Program-made: the position numbers and the translations under genes
Source of the DNA: Botryllus schlosseri
Taxonomy: Eukaryota
Reading direction: 5' to 3'
Assembly: GCA_051294905.1 (NCBI GenBank)
Contig: CM119372.1
Coordinates: forward strand, 10,914,001-10,978,000
Length of the DNA: 64,000 nt
Notes under the pieces: generated by a model
Database searches by the model: none
What the model was told of the DNA's origin: nothing
What the model saw: the letters and a program-made list of their open reading frames with translations, nothing else
Part shown: positions 1 to 10,782 of the stretch, piece after piece
Position numbering within the stretch: position 1 is the first letter of the stretch
Layout of the letters: every line of letters starts with the position of its first letter

Positions 1-60
1 GTTGACATGGTGTTGTACTCAACTGTACCGCACGCAATATCCTAACTAAAGCAAGACTGC

Positions 61-285
61 GTGAACATTGGCTCTTATATCAAGAAGAACATGATGAAGA
101 ATTGTGATGTGGACGACAACGTCAGAATGAAACAACGCGGTATGTCACCAGCAGTGTACGCACGACTTCAGTGTTGCCAGTCAACAACTGCTGCTGTCGA
201 ACGTTCTTTCTTCATTCTTGGCAAGCTACTTAGTAAGGACAGACACTTTCTACTCAAGAATATGCCTTTCGCTGTACTACAATAA
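61..285 (+). pseudogene. Probable DNA-transposase C-terminal remnant (hAT dimerisation-like)
   Basis: Peptide QSTTAAVERSFFILGKLLSKDRH resembles the hAT C-terminal motif (TS..VERSFS...L...R); short, no ATG context. Confidence 0.4.
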
Positions 286-467
286 ATTTTAAATATTTTC
301 ACCATAATGCGTGATGTAGCCTAACTACTGGAATTCTTCATAGGTCCAGATTTGTAGAAATAAAAAAAAATATGTAAAAATTTGTCAGTTTTTGAGTGAA
401 AAAAGTTTTCTCAGGCCAAACCAATTCGTAATGACAGACAGTTCCAACCAGAAATGAAGATAAGTAT

Positions 468-1119
468 TAGGGGTTGTGTGAACGTGAGGTTCACGTTCAC
501 TACATGTAGGCAGCGAAACATGCTTATTCAACCATTCACTGGAATTGATACCGTTCTCTGATTTAAAAAATCTAGCAGGTATACGGGACCAGGGTCAATA
601 CTGACTTCATATGCGTATTGTATCATAAAAAAATCCTTGTAATTGCGGAGTTGGCTACTGCTGTGTAACTTGTTAATGGGGTAATATCGGTAGCAAGAAT
701 AGAAACCCGTTTTACACTCTGCTCAATGTCAACGTAGAAATACTCAGACGCCGAATGCCTTGTCCGGCCTGGCCTAGACTGTTGAGGCGTAAGCTTATAT
801 CCCCTTGCAAGTCCTCGTCGAAACTGTTGGCAAAGCGACGGAAGATATTGATTTTATGGAATTATTATATCATTTGATTGCCCCATTTGATACATTTGGC
901 GACGTTTAAAACGTCAGCATTGTGGCATTATGTGGCCCGAGTCGTCGCTAGGCATCGTGCACATTAATATAGGCTATCACTTCATTGAAATGTAGGGTTG
1001 GAATTAGCAATATGACGTCACGTGACGTCATGAGGTTCACGTTTGCGTTCACACAGAACCTTTCAAAACGGATCGCGTTCACACGAACCTGAACCTTTCA
1101 GAGGTTCATACCATCCCTA
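468..1119. mobile_element. MITE with imperfect TIRs
   Basis: Begins TAGGGGTTGTGTGAAC, ends GTTCATACCATCCCTA; subterminal GTTCAC/GTGAAC motifs; interrupts a repeat also seen inverted near 3400-3530. Confidence 0.5.
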
Positions 1120-1303
1120 GAAGTAGTAGACGTCAATTTTAACATTATGAGCGGAAACAGCGAATTTACATACATGAGGTCACAACTTTGTCAAAATTAA
1201 GTTTTTTAAGGTCAGAAAACGTCAAAATTTTGATTTTTAGGTCCAAATCTTCCGGCTTTTAGGTATGTGACATTGAGAGTTCGTGCTATTGTATCATGTA
1301 GAA

Positions 1304-2370
1304 CAGGGGTCACCAACCCGGTGCCCGCGGGCCCCAGGTAGCCCGCGGGGACTAGATGAGTAGCCCGCGAGCCCATTCTAAAAATAGGTGGAATAGCAGC
1401 ATTTACCAATGTTCGTCAGATTATTACCAGTGAGCTTTTAAATATATAGATTGATTGATTCAGCTATTCTTGTTCCAAACACACTAACATGTAACTTACA
1501 TATATAAACACTTAAAAATATCTTCAATTACAATAAGTGATATATAGATGTATGTGATAGAATCACCAGAAATTCCAAGATACGGCGCATTGCCTATAAA
1601 GGCGACATGACGGAATGCCGTCCACGGTCTTCTTGAAATGGTAGGGGGTTCCGTTGCGATAGCTCGACGACCAGGACAATGCCAAAGTAGTAAACAATAT
1701 TACTATTCGGAGTCAGATAGCCGTGAAGTACTAGCAGATTTTCGATATCTGTATACCCATTACATATTGCATCTTTTGGCACAGCTTGTTTCTGTTACAC
1801 TCAACGCAGTTTGATATATCATTGATATATCATGTTTCTAACTTTCTGTAATCGTTGCTGCTGTCCGGTATAATGAAATCTTGTAATTTCTGGATGCTGA
1901 ACAGTTGGAGATTGAAATTGTAACACTACAAAATGACCCCCATCTCAGTCTGCATCAAACGTTTGGTGCATTGTTGATACGGAAAAGTACAGTGGTGTAT
2001 GCGCAGCAGCTATGAAGAATGCAAGCGTCTATGGTTCAACTTATCGTTGTGAATCAGCCTTTTCGGACATGAACTTCATCAAAAACAAACACAAAACACG
2101 CTTAATTAATGCACATCTGGAACACTCACTCAGAATTGCAGTGTCAAGTTAAATACCAGAGTGCAGCGCACTAGTTGATATCATGCAATGCCAGGCTTCC
2201 CACTGACTGCTATAGAAACAGATCACATGATGCCCAGGCCTGCCCAGTGCTACGAATATCAAAGCGGAAATTAAGTGTGGTGCGGGTAAACGGCGGGAGT
2301 AAACAGTAGCCCGCCGCTTCAATCATTAGCCAAAAGTAGCCCTCGGTTGCAAAAAGGTTGGTGACCCCTG
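1304..2370 (+). mobile_element. Non-autonomous hAT (Charlie/Buster-like) element with transposase remnant
   Basis: Perfect 15-bp TIR CAGGGGTCACCAACC; 8-bp TSD ATGTAGAA at 1296-1303 and 2371-2378; 2021-2152 translates as ASVYGSTYRCESAFSDMNFIKNKHKTRLINAHLEHSLRIAVSS (Buster/Charlie C-terminus). Confidence 0.9.
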
Positions 2371-2801
2371 ATGTAGAAGCTAAGCTAGCGACGAATCATA
2401 TGTTTCCTACGTAGGGTAGACCGGGAACAATTGTAACACTTTTTGTATTTTCTAACATTACGTGTCTTTCTCATGGAGATTTCATTTCCAAAGTTTAGTA
2501 TAAATAAAGAAGCCAACAACTCGATAGTTGATTTAAAAACGAAAATGGAACTCAATCAACAATCAATCATGGAAATTCTAGGTCTCGAAAATCGCCGCTC
2601 AAATGTTACAATTGACCCGTACCCAGGGGCAATTGTACCACCCTTGCGGGGCAATTATAACAGTGTTATTTATAACTAAAAATAAACCAAATGAACAACG
2701 AGAACGGCAGCACAAATTATAATATTGCAGCAAACTAAAGAAAGAGACGTTTGAACGCTTCCAGGCTACGCCCCATCGCATTTATGCCATCTGAATGCAG
2801 T

Positions 2802-2804
<3 letters not shown>

Positions 2805-2834
<30 letters not shown>

Positions 2835-3108
2835 TGATATTCTTTTTCGCCTGCACCATCGAGATGCTTTGACGACGGAGTTGCATTACGGCCGCGAGGT
2901 CATCTGGTCTGCGTCCCCGTTTTTTTCTCCGCCATGCTATCCGTGATTGCTGAGCGCCTAGCAGGATAGGTGCGGATACCAATTTTCGAGTCTTTGGTAT
3001 GACCCGGCCGGGGATCGAACCCACGACCTACCGATCGAGAAGCCGGACGCATAACCAAGCCATTACACTATCTCGCTCGGCAGTATGACCCTGAGTGTCT
3101 TGTTCGTG
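2805..3108 (-). mobile_element. tRNA-derived SINE (Meta/MESC-domain-like) with (TC)n tail
   Basis: Minus strand: tRNA-like head with B box GGTTCGATCCC, then GGTCATACCAAAGACTCGAAAATTGGTATCC...GCTAGGCGCTCAGCA, then microsatellite tail; flanking duplication ATGCAGTAGA at 2795-2804 and 3109-3118. Confidence 0.75.
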
Positions 3109-3544
3109 ATGCAGTAGATAAATGGTTATACCAACATATGAATAAAGACATTCAGTATTGATAACATATTGTAACGGGGCAAAAGTAACAGAGTGTTACA
3201 ATTGCCCCTGACACGCTCGACCATGATTAGTGTCTCAGTATGGTACCTTCCCGGCGATGCAAGTCCTAGTTTTTCTATCATCACGGTAGACGTTTCAAAT
3301 TTCATACAGGCCGCGGGCCGCATGAATTCAATGGATTTAAAATAGGCCTCACAGTTTAGTAATCACTATGGCGATTTTTTGACATATAAAACGAAAGATT
3401 TTGACCTAAAAATCAAAATTTTGACATTTTAACCTTGATAAACGAAATTTTGACCAATCGTATGAAAATTAGGTGTTTTCCCACATAAAGTTAGAATTGT
3501 ACTAGTTATCTTCATTTCTGGTTGGTACTGTATGTCCTTACGAA

Positions 3545-3727
3545 CAATGTTCCCTCTAAGCTGCGCACGTGCGCAAATGCGCAGTGCTGAAACGGTCTCT
3601 GCGCACAGAAAATCTACGCTGCGCACAAAAAATCAGAAGTGATGTTTTTTTTTTCATAGTTGTTGCGCACTGTTGTCCAATGGACCACGCAGGCGCGCAG
3701 ATTCGTGAAAATTAAGATGGAACATTG
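3545..3727. mobile_element. Short MITE (CAATGTTCCC TIR family), copy 1
   Basis: TIR CAATGTTCC...GGAACATTG with TGCGCA-rich interior; second copy at 9677-9870. Confidence 0.7.
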
Positions 3728-4365
3728 CCAGGGCCAAATAGTGTTATCACTGAAGTCTGAAACCGAGGTACAAGTGCGCCCCGCAAAGGTAACTATTGCG
3801 CTCCGTGAAGAAATGAGAGTTCACAATCACCTGCGCCTCACGGAAGATATTTTTTTAGTATGTCCTCGTACACGTGAGCGATACTGATATCATTTCAATA
3901 GCGCATTATTTTCTGGGAATGGCGAAATAATATGGTTTAACAAAGTTATAAATAACAATGGGCTAGCTCGAAGTTAATCTGCGAGAAACTAACGAATGAC
4001 AGTCTTCTCCGCGTGGCATGAACATTGCGTAAGATTTACTCAGGACCGTAACTTTCGCACCCCAAACCCCCCAATTGGAGGGGCCAAGCTCGAAGGGGGT
4101 TCAAAATTATTTCGAGAATCAACATAAATCATGGTGTATTTTTTGAAATTTTTCAGGAATTTTTTTTCGCGCTACGCGCGTTTTATTATTGTAAGATATC
4201 TGATTATTGGGTACCCTTTCCCAACAAAAATTAGGCATGATTTGTAGAAATGGGCAGTTGGGCGTCGGTCGTTACCACATCATGACGCGCCAAGACATAT
4301 GAAGCTAAAGGCTATGTAACATGCGAATCCAAGAAGTGCGCCAGAACGATCAGCAGCGAGAAAAC

Positions 4366-4622
4366 TGTTATGTTCGCGCATTTACGTTAAGTGTTGTTCA
4401 TCTCCTAATTTCTTTAGGACTAGTAATTACCGCCAATCATTATTTCCTCGTGTGTCGTGCTTGTATTTATACCCTGTGTTCTGTTGTCTCGTGGTCTTTC
4501 ATTCAACTGAACTCTGGATCGTGTCGCCTGTCGTAAAGTCATACTGCTGTTAATATATACTGATTTCATATTGCAACCTCGTCGTATTGAGTTATTGTTC
4601 GAACAAGATCAAGAACATAACA
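4366..4622 (+). repeat. 5' LTR (257 bp)
   Basis: Termini TGTTATGTTC...GAACATAACA (10-bp inverted repeat, TG...CA); homologous LTR at 27323-27571. Confidence 0.85.
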
Positions 4623-4624
4623 AT

Positions 4625-4644
4625 TGGTGTCAGAAGTCGGATTC
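4625..4644 (+). promoter_or_regulatory. Primer-binding site complementary to tRNA-Leu 3' end
   Basis: TGGTGTCAGAAGTCGGATTC, 2 nt after the LTR end; near-complement of eukaryotic tRNA-Leu ...GAATCCCACTTCTGACACCA. Confidence 0.8.
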
Positions 4645-4672
4645 ATAGTTATCTCTGCGACGAAGATAAAGC

Positions 4673-5470
4673 ATGGAAGAAGGTATACTGAAGCTGCTCG
4701 AAAAGCAGCAGGCAATGATGGCGAGTCTACATGAAACGATGGAACAGCAAAAAGCACAGCATAAAGAAGAAATGGCGCAATTAGCGCAGAGGTTGAGTCC
4801 CGGTACGTCAACATCTGAAGCTACCGCTCCCAAGTTTGATTCGTTTGTAAAATCGAAGGAGAAATGGGACCAGTATCTGCAACGATTCAACCATCACCTA
4901 GCAATTTACGGCATTTCCAACATGGAGAAGAAAAGAGCGTGTCTACTCTCATGGGTTGGACCTGAAACGTACTCGCTCCTACGTAATTTGTTTGGTGCTG
5001 CTGATGTCAGTGTGCAAACCTTCGACGCGTTGACTGAGAAGTTGTCCACACACTTCAAGGACTCAATTCATGTGCAAGCTGCCAGGTACGAATTTTACAA
5101 TTGCAAAATGCAACCGGGACAATCGTACGCCGATTGGATCGCAACTCTACGCGGAATCTCCAAGGATTGCAACTTCATATGCTCAAGAGATGGCTGTGAT
5201 CAAAGCTACGTTGATGAGCTAATGCGCGATCTCATCATTAAAGAAACGCCGCACGCGGATGTGAGACGGCATTGTCTAACACAAACCAATCCATCCCTTG
5301 ACGACGTTCTCAAAGTAGCTGCAACATACGTGAGAACGCTGGAAACCGATAGGGTTATCCAGGGCGAGAGTAACGGTAAAGATACTTCCATCGTCAACAA
5401 AATGACTGGAAGCTATCAGAAGGGGAAAAACCTTCCAAATCCAACCAAGGCAACTTCCCGGAAAGACTGA
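4673..5470 (+). CDS. Retrotransposon Gag
   Basis: 265-aa ORF after the PBS with gag-like motifs (WDQYLQRF, ARYEFYNCKMQPGQSYADWIATLR); zinc knuckles CSRC...H...C and CQKCGRKGHIKPVC follow in a shifted frame (5476-5574). Confidence 0.85.
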   Translation: MEEGILKLLEKQQAMMASLHETMEQQKAQHKEEMAQLAQRLSPGTSTSEATAPKFDSFVKSKEKWDQYLQRFNHHLAIYGISNMEKKRACLLSWVGPETYSLLRNLFGAADVSVQTFDALTEKLSTHFKDSIHVQAARYEFYNCKMQPGQSYADWIATLRGISKDCNFICSRDGCDQSYVDELMRDLIIKETPHADVRRHCLTQTNPSLDDVLKVAATYVRTLETDRVIQGESNGKDTSIVNKMTGSYQKGKNLPNPTKATSRKD

Positions 5471-5568
5471 AATCCTGCAGCCGCTGTTTCATCGATCACC
5501 AGAGAAAAGACTGTCAATATCGACATTCAGTATGTCAAAAATGTGGTCGTAAAGGTCATATCAAACCT

Positions 5569-7869
5569 GTGTGCATGTCCAAACCTAGTATCACGCAACA
5601 GGTCACATCCGTCAATTTCTGCTCAGTGCCACTCCTCTCCTTCGACATCGATCAACTATATCGACGCGTAGGAAACCAGCTCTGGATCAACTCCAGCATC
5701 AACGGCATTCCGTTGCCGACACAGTGGGACACTGGTGCACCCTCCGCCATGGTGGGATTGACTGGGTACAAAACTTTGGGCTCTCCGAAACTCTCAGCAT
5801 ACCATTGCTCTTTCGTAGCGTATGGCGACAAGCCACTGAAAGTGAAAGGTATTTGCACTGTAAGCGTGCAGGTGGGTTCTGAAGTTCGAGTTGGCTTAAA
5901 ATTGGTGGTTCTCGACGAACACCGGGGGCAAAACATTTTTGGTCTCGATTGGAGCGATGCTTTCTTCATGACCGCTAAGGGGACGTCTGCTTTGGATGCA
6001 ATTTCCTCGCAGATGGTCAAATCGCAATCATGTAATACTATTGACATTTCTGATTCGAACGACAAATTGGTAGCTTTTCAGTCCAAATTTCCCTCCGTTT
6101 TCTCTAATGTATTAGGACGATGCACCAAGACAACGGTGACAATTCACTTGAAACCTAATGCCAAGCCCGTATTTAACAAGCCACGTCCCTTGCCGTTTGC
6201 AAGGCAAATCGCTGTTCAAAACGAATTGGATAGATTAGTCAATCAAGGTATTCTCGAACCAATCAATTACAGTGATTGGGCAGCACCAATTGTTGCCGTC
6301 ACTAAATCAAATGGATCAGTACGCATTTGTGGTGACTTCAAAGCATTGAATCAACAGATTCAGATAGATCAACATCCCCTGCCCTCCTTAGATGAAATCC
6401 TTCACAAGTTACAGGGTGGTTGTATTTTCACGAAAATTGATCTTGCCGATGCTTATTTTCAGCTAGAATTAGATGATGATGCGAAGAATTTGTGTGTCAT
6501 CAACACGCAATTCGGTCTATTCCGTTATCGACGCATGTGTTTCGGAGTCGCATCTAGTCCCGCAAATTTTCAACGCTGTATTGATGCCATGATCGCCGGC
6601 TTACCCGGTGTTGCTAGTTTTATCGATGACATAATCGTTACTGGCATTGATGAACGCGACCATTTTCGCAACTTATCGCTACTCTTTTGAGCGCCTCACC
6701 GAATACGGTTTCACCGTCAACTTCGCTAAATGTGAATTTTTCAAAAGTAGTATCGAGTACCTTGGTCACATAATCGACAAGGACGGCAAACGCCCGTCTA
6801 ACAAATCCGTTGAAGCAATCAAACAGTTGCCTAAACCTCAGGATGTTCGCCAGCTACAGGCATTCCTGGGCAAAATCAATTATTATCGCGCGTTTATTCC
6901 TAATTTCACGAATAAAGCCGCTGCCTTGTACCGTCTTCTTAAAAGACGCGGAATTCATTTGGAATACGGACTGTGACGCAGCTTTTCGCATTCTCAAAAA
7001 CGACGTAATCGACGCTACGCAGTTAGCTCATTATGATGTAAACAAGCAGCTCATTTTGTCAACTGATGCTTCTCAATTCGGAATCGGCGCTGTCCTCTCA
7101 ATTGAGCACAATGGCGAAGAGAGACCGATCGCACACGCGTCGAAAACGCTTTCCGATTCGCAAAAATCCTACTCTCAAATCGAGAAGGAAGCTCTGTCAA
7201 TCATTTACGGAGTCACTAAATTTCGTCAATTCTTGTATGGTAGAAAATTTACGCTCGTAACGGACCACAAACCGCTTTTAGCTATTTTCTCGCCAGACAA
7301 GAAAATTCCCGTGATTACAGCGCAACGCTTACAGCGATGGGCACTAACGCTCATGGCTTACCAATACGATATTCGCTATAAACCGACTAATCAGCACGGA
7401 AACGCCGACGGTTTATCTCGCCTACCAAAGGGTCCAGACCCTGAGTTTGACGAACTGGAAATTCGTGAAAACGCGGAGATCGTTCACGCTATTAATATGG
7501 CATTCGATGGCTTACCGTTAACTCGCAATGAAATTCGCGACGCGACGCTGAAGGACAAAACCATGGAACTAGTGAAATTATCTGTCACTCATGGTAATTG
7601 GAATCCAAAGACGCACATTGATGATATTTCTTGGTTTTCGACTCGCAAACATTCGCTCTCTCTGCACGAAGACATAGTCATGCTCAATATTGATGGTTTT
7701 CAGCGCGTAGTAATTCCGCAGTCACTTCGCTCGCGAGTCTTATCATTGTTGCACGAAGGACATTGGGGTATCGCGAAAATGAAGCAGATGGCTCGACGTT
7801 GCATCGCATGGCCTTCCATTAACCGCGACATTGAAAATCTCGTTAAGAGTTGCGACGCTTGGCGTAAGG
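5569..7869 (+). pseudogene. Frameshifted pol (protease-RT-RNase H-integrase N-terminus)
   Basis: Protease WDTGA; RT motifs SDWAAPIV, RICGDFK, KIDLADAY, FGVASSPANFQ, FIDDII; RNase H TDASQFGIGAVL, YSQIEKEALSII, TDHKPL; integrase LHEGHWG; frameshifts near 6690 and 6945. Confidence 0.9.
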
Positions 7870-9637
7870 CAGAGGTCTCAAACACGCGGCCCGCGGGCCG
7901 CATGCGGCCCGCCAGAGCATTTTGTGCGGCCCGCGACGACATTTTAGATTTTTAATAATTTGAAAATATTTTAGTGTCACATATATCATTTCATGTTATA
8001 AAGTCAAAATCCCCTCTTAAATTGCCCCGAAAGTCTGAAACAATTCATCAAACTTCACTATCACATCAATTGCTAACGCCACCATGCAGTGGAAGATTCC
8101 CTATTTCGCCACATTTCCAATTCATGATGACGAAACCTGACCCTTAGACGATTCGTGACTGAAATTTGTGAGTTGGACTTGGACGCGACCTTTCTTAGAA
8201 TTACTCAGACTCGGGCTAACTCGATTCAGTGATATCTAGATATCCCTGACTCGATGGCAAAATGAAGATGACTCGAGTGGACTCGGAGTGACTCGGAATG
8301 CCGTGAATTTGTTATAACCACGGGAGCATTAAACTAATCGCGTATCAGCGGAATAGTAATAGATCAGAAGGTCGCAGCTTGGTATTTCGCTAACTAAGCA
8401 AGTAGGTATGGCAACCATTGGCAATCTGTCAGTTACATCTTTGGTCGCTAAACCATGTTATTAAGGCCACTTACGGGTACTGACCAGGGCTGGGCACAAT
8501 GATTCGAGTACTCGAATCTGAATCGAGTAGTAATTTTAATGATTCGAGTCGAGTAGTAAAAGACGATTTTTTCGAGTACTGAAAATATACGCTCCTCGCA
8601 ACTGAAAGTTAATTTACTAACGAGAATTATAGTTTTGATACTATTTTCCACTGTGGAAGCCTTGAAACCGTGATTGGCCGTGTCGCATCATACCAGACAT
8701 AGTACAAAGCAACGAACGTTACTGGAATAACATATTTCCGAAATCATGATCACCTCACAACATTTTCTAGAAGTGCAATCAAATCGGTATAATCAAAAAA
8801 ATACCAAAGTATCTTTACTGTGACGGATAACAGGCATTATGTTCCTTGCGGTAGTATAAAAGGTACATATTTGAAATTTGACATAGTACATTCTGTTTTG
8901 ACGTCATAATGAGCGATATTCGATTACTCGACTCGACTCGAAGCGTTATACGTGATTCAGAATCGAATCACTTGGGTACTCGATTTTGCCCAGCCCTAGT
9001 ACCGACTACCGAGTACCGTAGTGGTACGCTCCAACGATGTAACAACAATGGGCCGTTCGGCGTTCCGACATTTCAATCATTAGGACACATTCATTAATAT
9101 ATTAATATTATATTTATATTTGTTTCTGCTCCTATATTTGAAGATATTTGTCCATGAGATTAATAGCCTATTTATCAGAAGTATACCCGAATCCTGGATT
9201 GGATTTACAATGCTCAACCTAAAAATGTTTTGATATCAGATCAGTCTCTATTATCAATCTGTTAAATTCAAAATATTCATAGTAGCTGCAAAATTATAAC
9301 CCGATAGATTTTATGATGGCATTATGCATTTGTCCGCCCATATGGTGTCGGTACGGTACTTGCTGCTGGAAAACTATCTCCTCGTAAAGCTGGATCTTGT
9401 GGCATCCCTAGTCGTTTTCCAAGCGCCTCGGTCTTGGCATAGTCTGGGCCATTGAACGTCAAGGCAATAGGCTCGTTCATGTCAACTAACTCTCCAACGA
9501 CCAACAGCAACAACAATACTTTTAAACTGTAATCAATTTTATCATTCAAAATGTTTTAATAAGCGTACTTATGAAATATTAAATCAGGTTGCGGGCCACA
9601 TAATATGACGTCGCGGTCCGCGTGTTGGTGACCCCTG
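7870..9637 (+). mobile_element. hAT-type MITE region (CAGAGGTCTCAAAC family) with nested insertions
   Basis: Left end CAGAGGTCTCAAACACGCGGCCCGCGGGCC shared with 12074 (minus) and 28692; a hAT-like right end GTTGGTGACCCCTG at 9637; TSD not clean, so the two ends may not belong to one element. Confidence 0.55.
8485..8998. mobile_element. hAT-like MITE
   Basis: TIR CAGGGCTGGGCA.../...TGCCCAGCCCTA; TSD GTACTGAC vs GTACCGAC (7/8); CTCGA subterminal repeats. Confidence 0.75.
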
Positions 9638-9676
9638 GCCTAGGCGATGTAAAGAGGAGGCATGCACATTGCACAC

Positions 9677-9870
9677 CAATGTTCCCACTAAGATGCGCAA
9701 CGAACGCAATTGCGCAGTGCTGACACGGTCTCTGCGTACAGATAATCTAAGCTGCGCACAAAAAATCCGAAGTGATTACTCTTTTTTAGTCGTTACGCAC
9801 TGTTGTCCAAGGGTCTGCGCAGTGAGTTGGCGAGTGTGCGCGGACTCGTCAAAAATTAGAGGGAACATTG
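9677..9870. mobile_element. Short MITE (CAATGTTCCC TIR family), copy 2
   Basis: Colinear with 3545-3727; ends TTAGAGGGAACATTG. Confidence 0.7.
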
Positions 9871-10504
9871 GTCACAAGGCTCCGCGTCACCAGTCAATCT
9901 CCCTATTTTAGTTTTGACTCGAGTCATTTTCAATTCACCACCGAGTCAAGTCCGAGTCCAAGTCATTGCGTTGGCTGCTCAGTTTCTAATAGAAGTCTTA
10001 TTAAACCTACTTTTTATAACTCTGTTTGGTTATATCGAACGGTTTGTATTTATAATATACTAATTTTCCTCACTTTTAGCAGTTTCTGATCGCATTGATG
10101 ACTCGAGTCGGACTCCAGTCATTACAACCCTGCTGAAAACCATGACTTTTTGAAAGTCAGTCAATTTTGAACAACCCTAACATACGCGGAAAGAGTTCAT
10201 TCGTTTTCCACACGAGATCTGAATGCATTTATTACCGACCATAAGCAAACCGACGTTTCCTAGATAAGGCAACTGCTGAGTCGCAGTCATCACGAAAGAA
10301 AACGTGCTTGAGCAACGAAATATGAGAGTTTTCACCTGTTCGAGAAGAGTCGAGCGTGATTGGTAAATGTGTGAAGTATTTCAATACACTTCACATGGTC
10401 GGATTGGTTGTATATCGCCTCACAATCTCCAGTGACAGTACAATTACTACAGGGAATCTTTTATAAAGAAATTGAATTGCACAGGGGCTAAAAGTGGAAC
10501 ACGA

Positions 10505-10782
10505 TCAAGACCGAAACTTGACTCTAATCTTAGGTTTATGAATGGTAACGCAGTCCGACCTTTGTACATTATCAGTGTCTACTGTGGTTGATTCGAAGGG
10601 ATCATGGAAAAGTTCTTGCATACTGGCACCTGCTATTTTTGAATTTCTAGTAACGGGTAAGGGGCCTTTGAAGTCCGTTTGCTGGCCTGGTTTCAAATTG
10701 AATAATTTCAATGTTTTGAACATATGCTCCGAAGCCTTTGCAGTCACCAGCAAATTTGGTTTTGACGCATTCTCCAGTATTC
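10505..10782 (-). CDS. RPUSD4: RPUSD4 exon 6 (terminal)
   Basis: Acceptor TTTTACAG, phase 1 matches exon 5; open to TGA at 10505. Confidence 0.7.

Larger units (their letters stand above)
4366..7869 (+). mobile_element. 3'-truncated Ty3/Gypsy LTR retrotransposon (Mag-like)
   Basis: 5' LTR, tRNA-Leu PBS, then gag, CCHC knuckles, protease, RT, RNase H and start of integrase; broken by frameshifts and cut off by a MITE at 7870. Confidence 0.92.

Noticed and set aside
2990..3080. tRNA gene
   Set aside because: The tRNA-like head continues into a SINE body and microsatellite tail with a TSD; no convincing cloverleaf
5415..5475. Programmed -1 gag-pol frameshift
   Set aside because: The shift falls before the gag zinc knuckles, there is no canonical in-frame slippery heptamer, and further frameshifts in RT indicate decay
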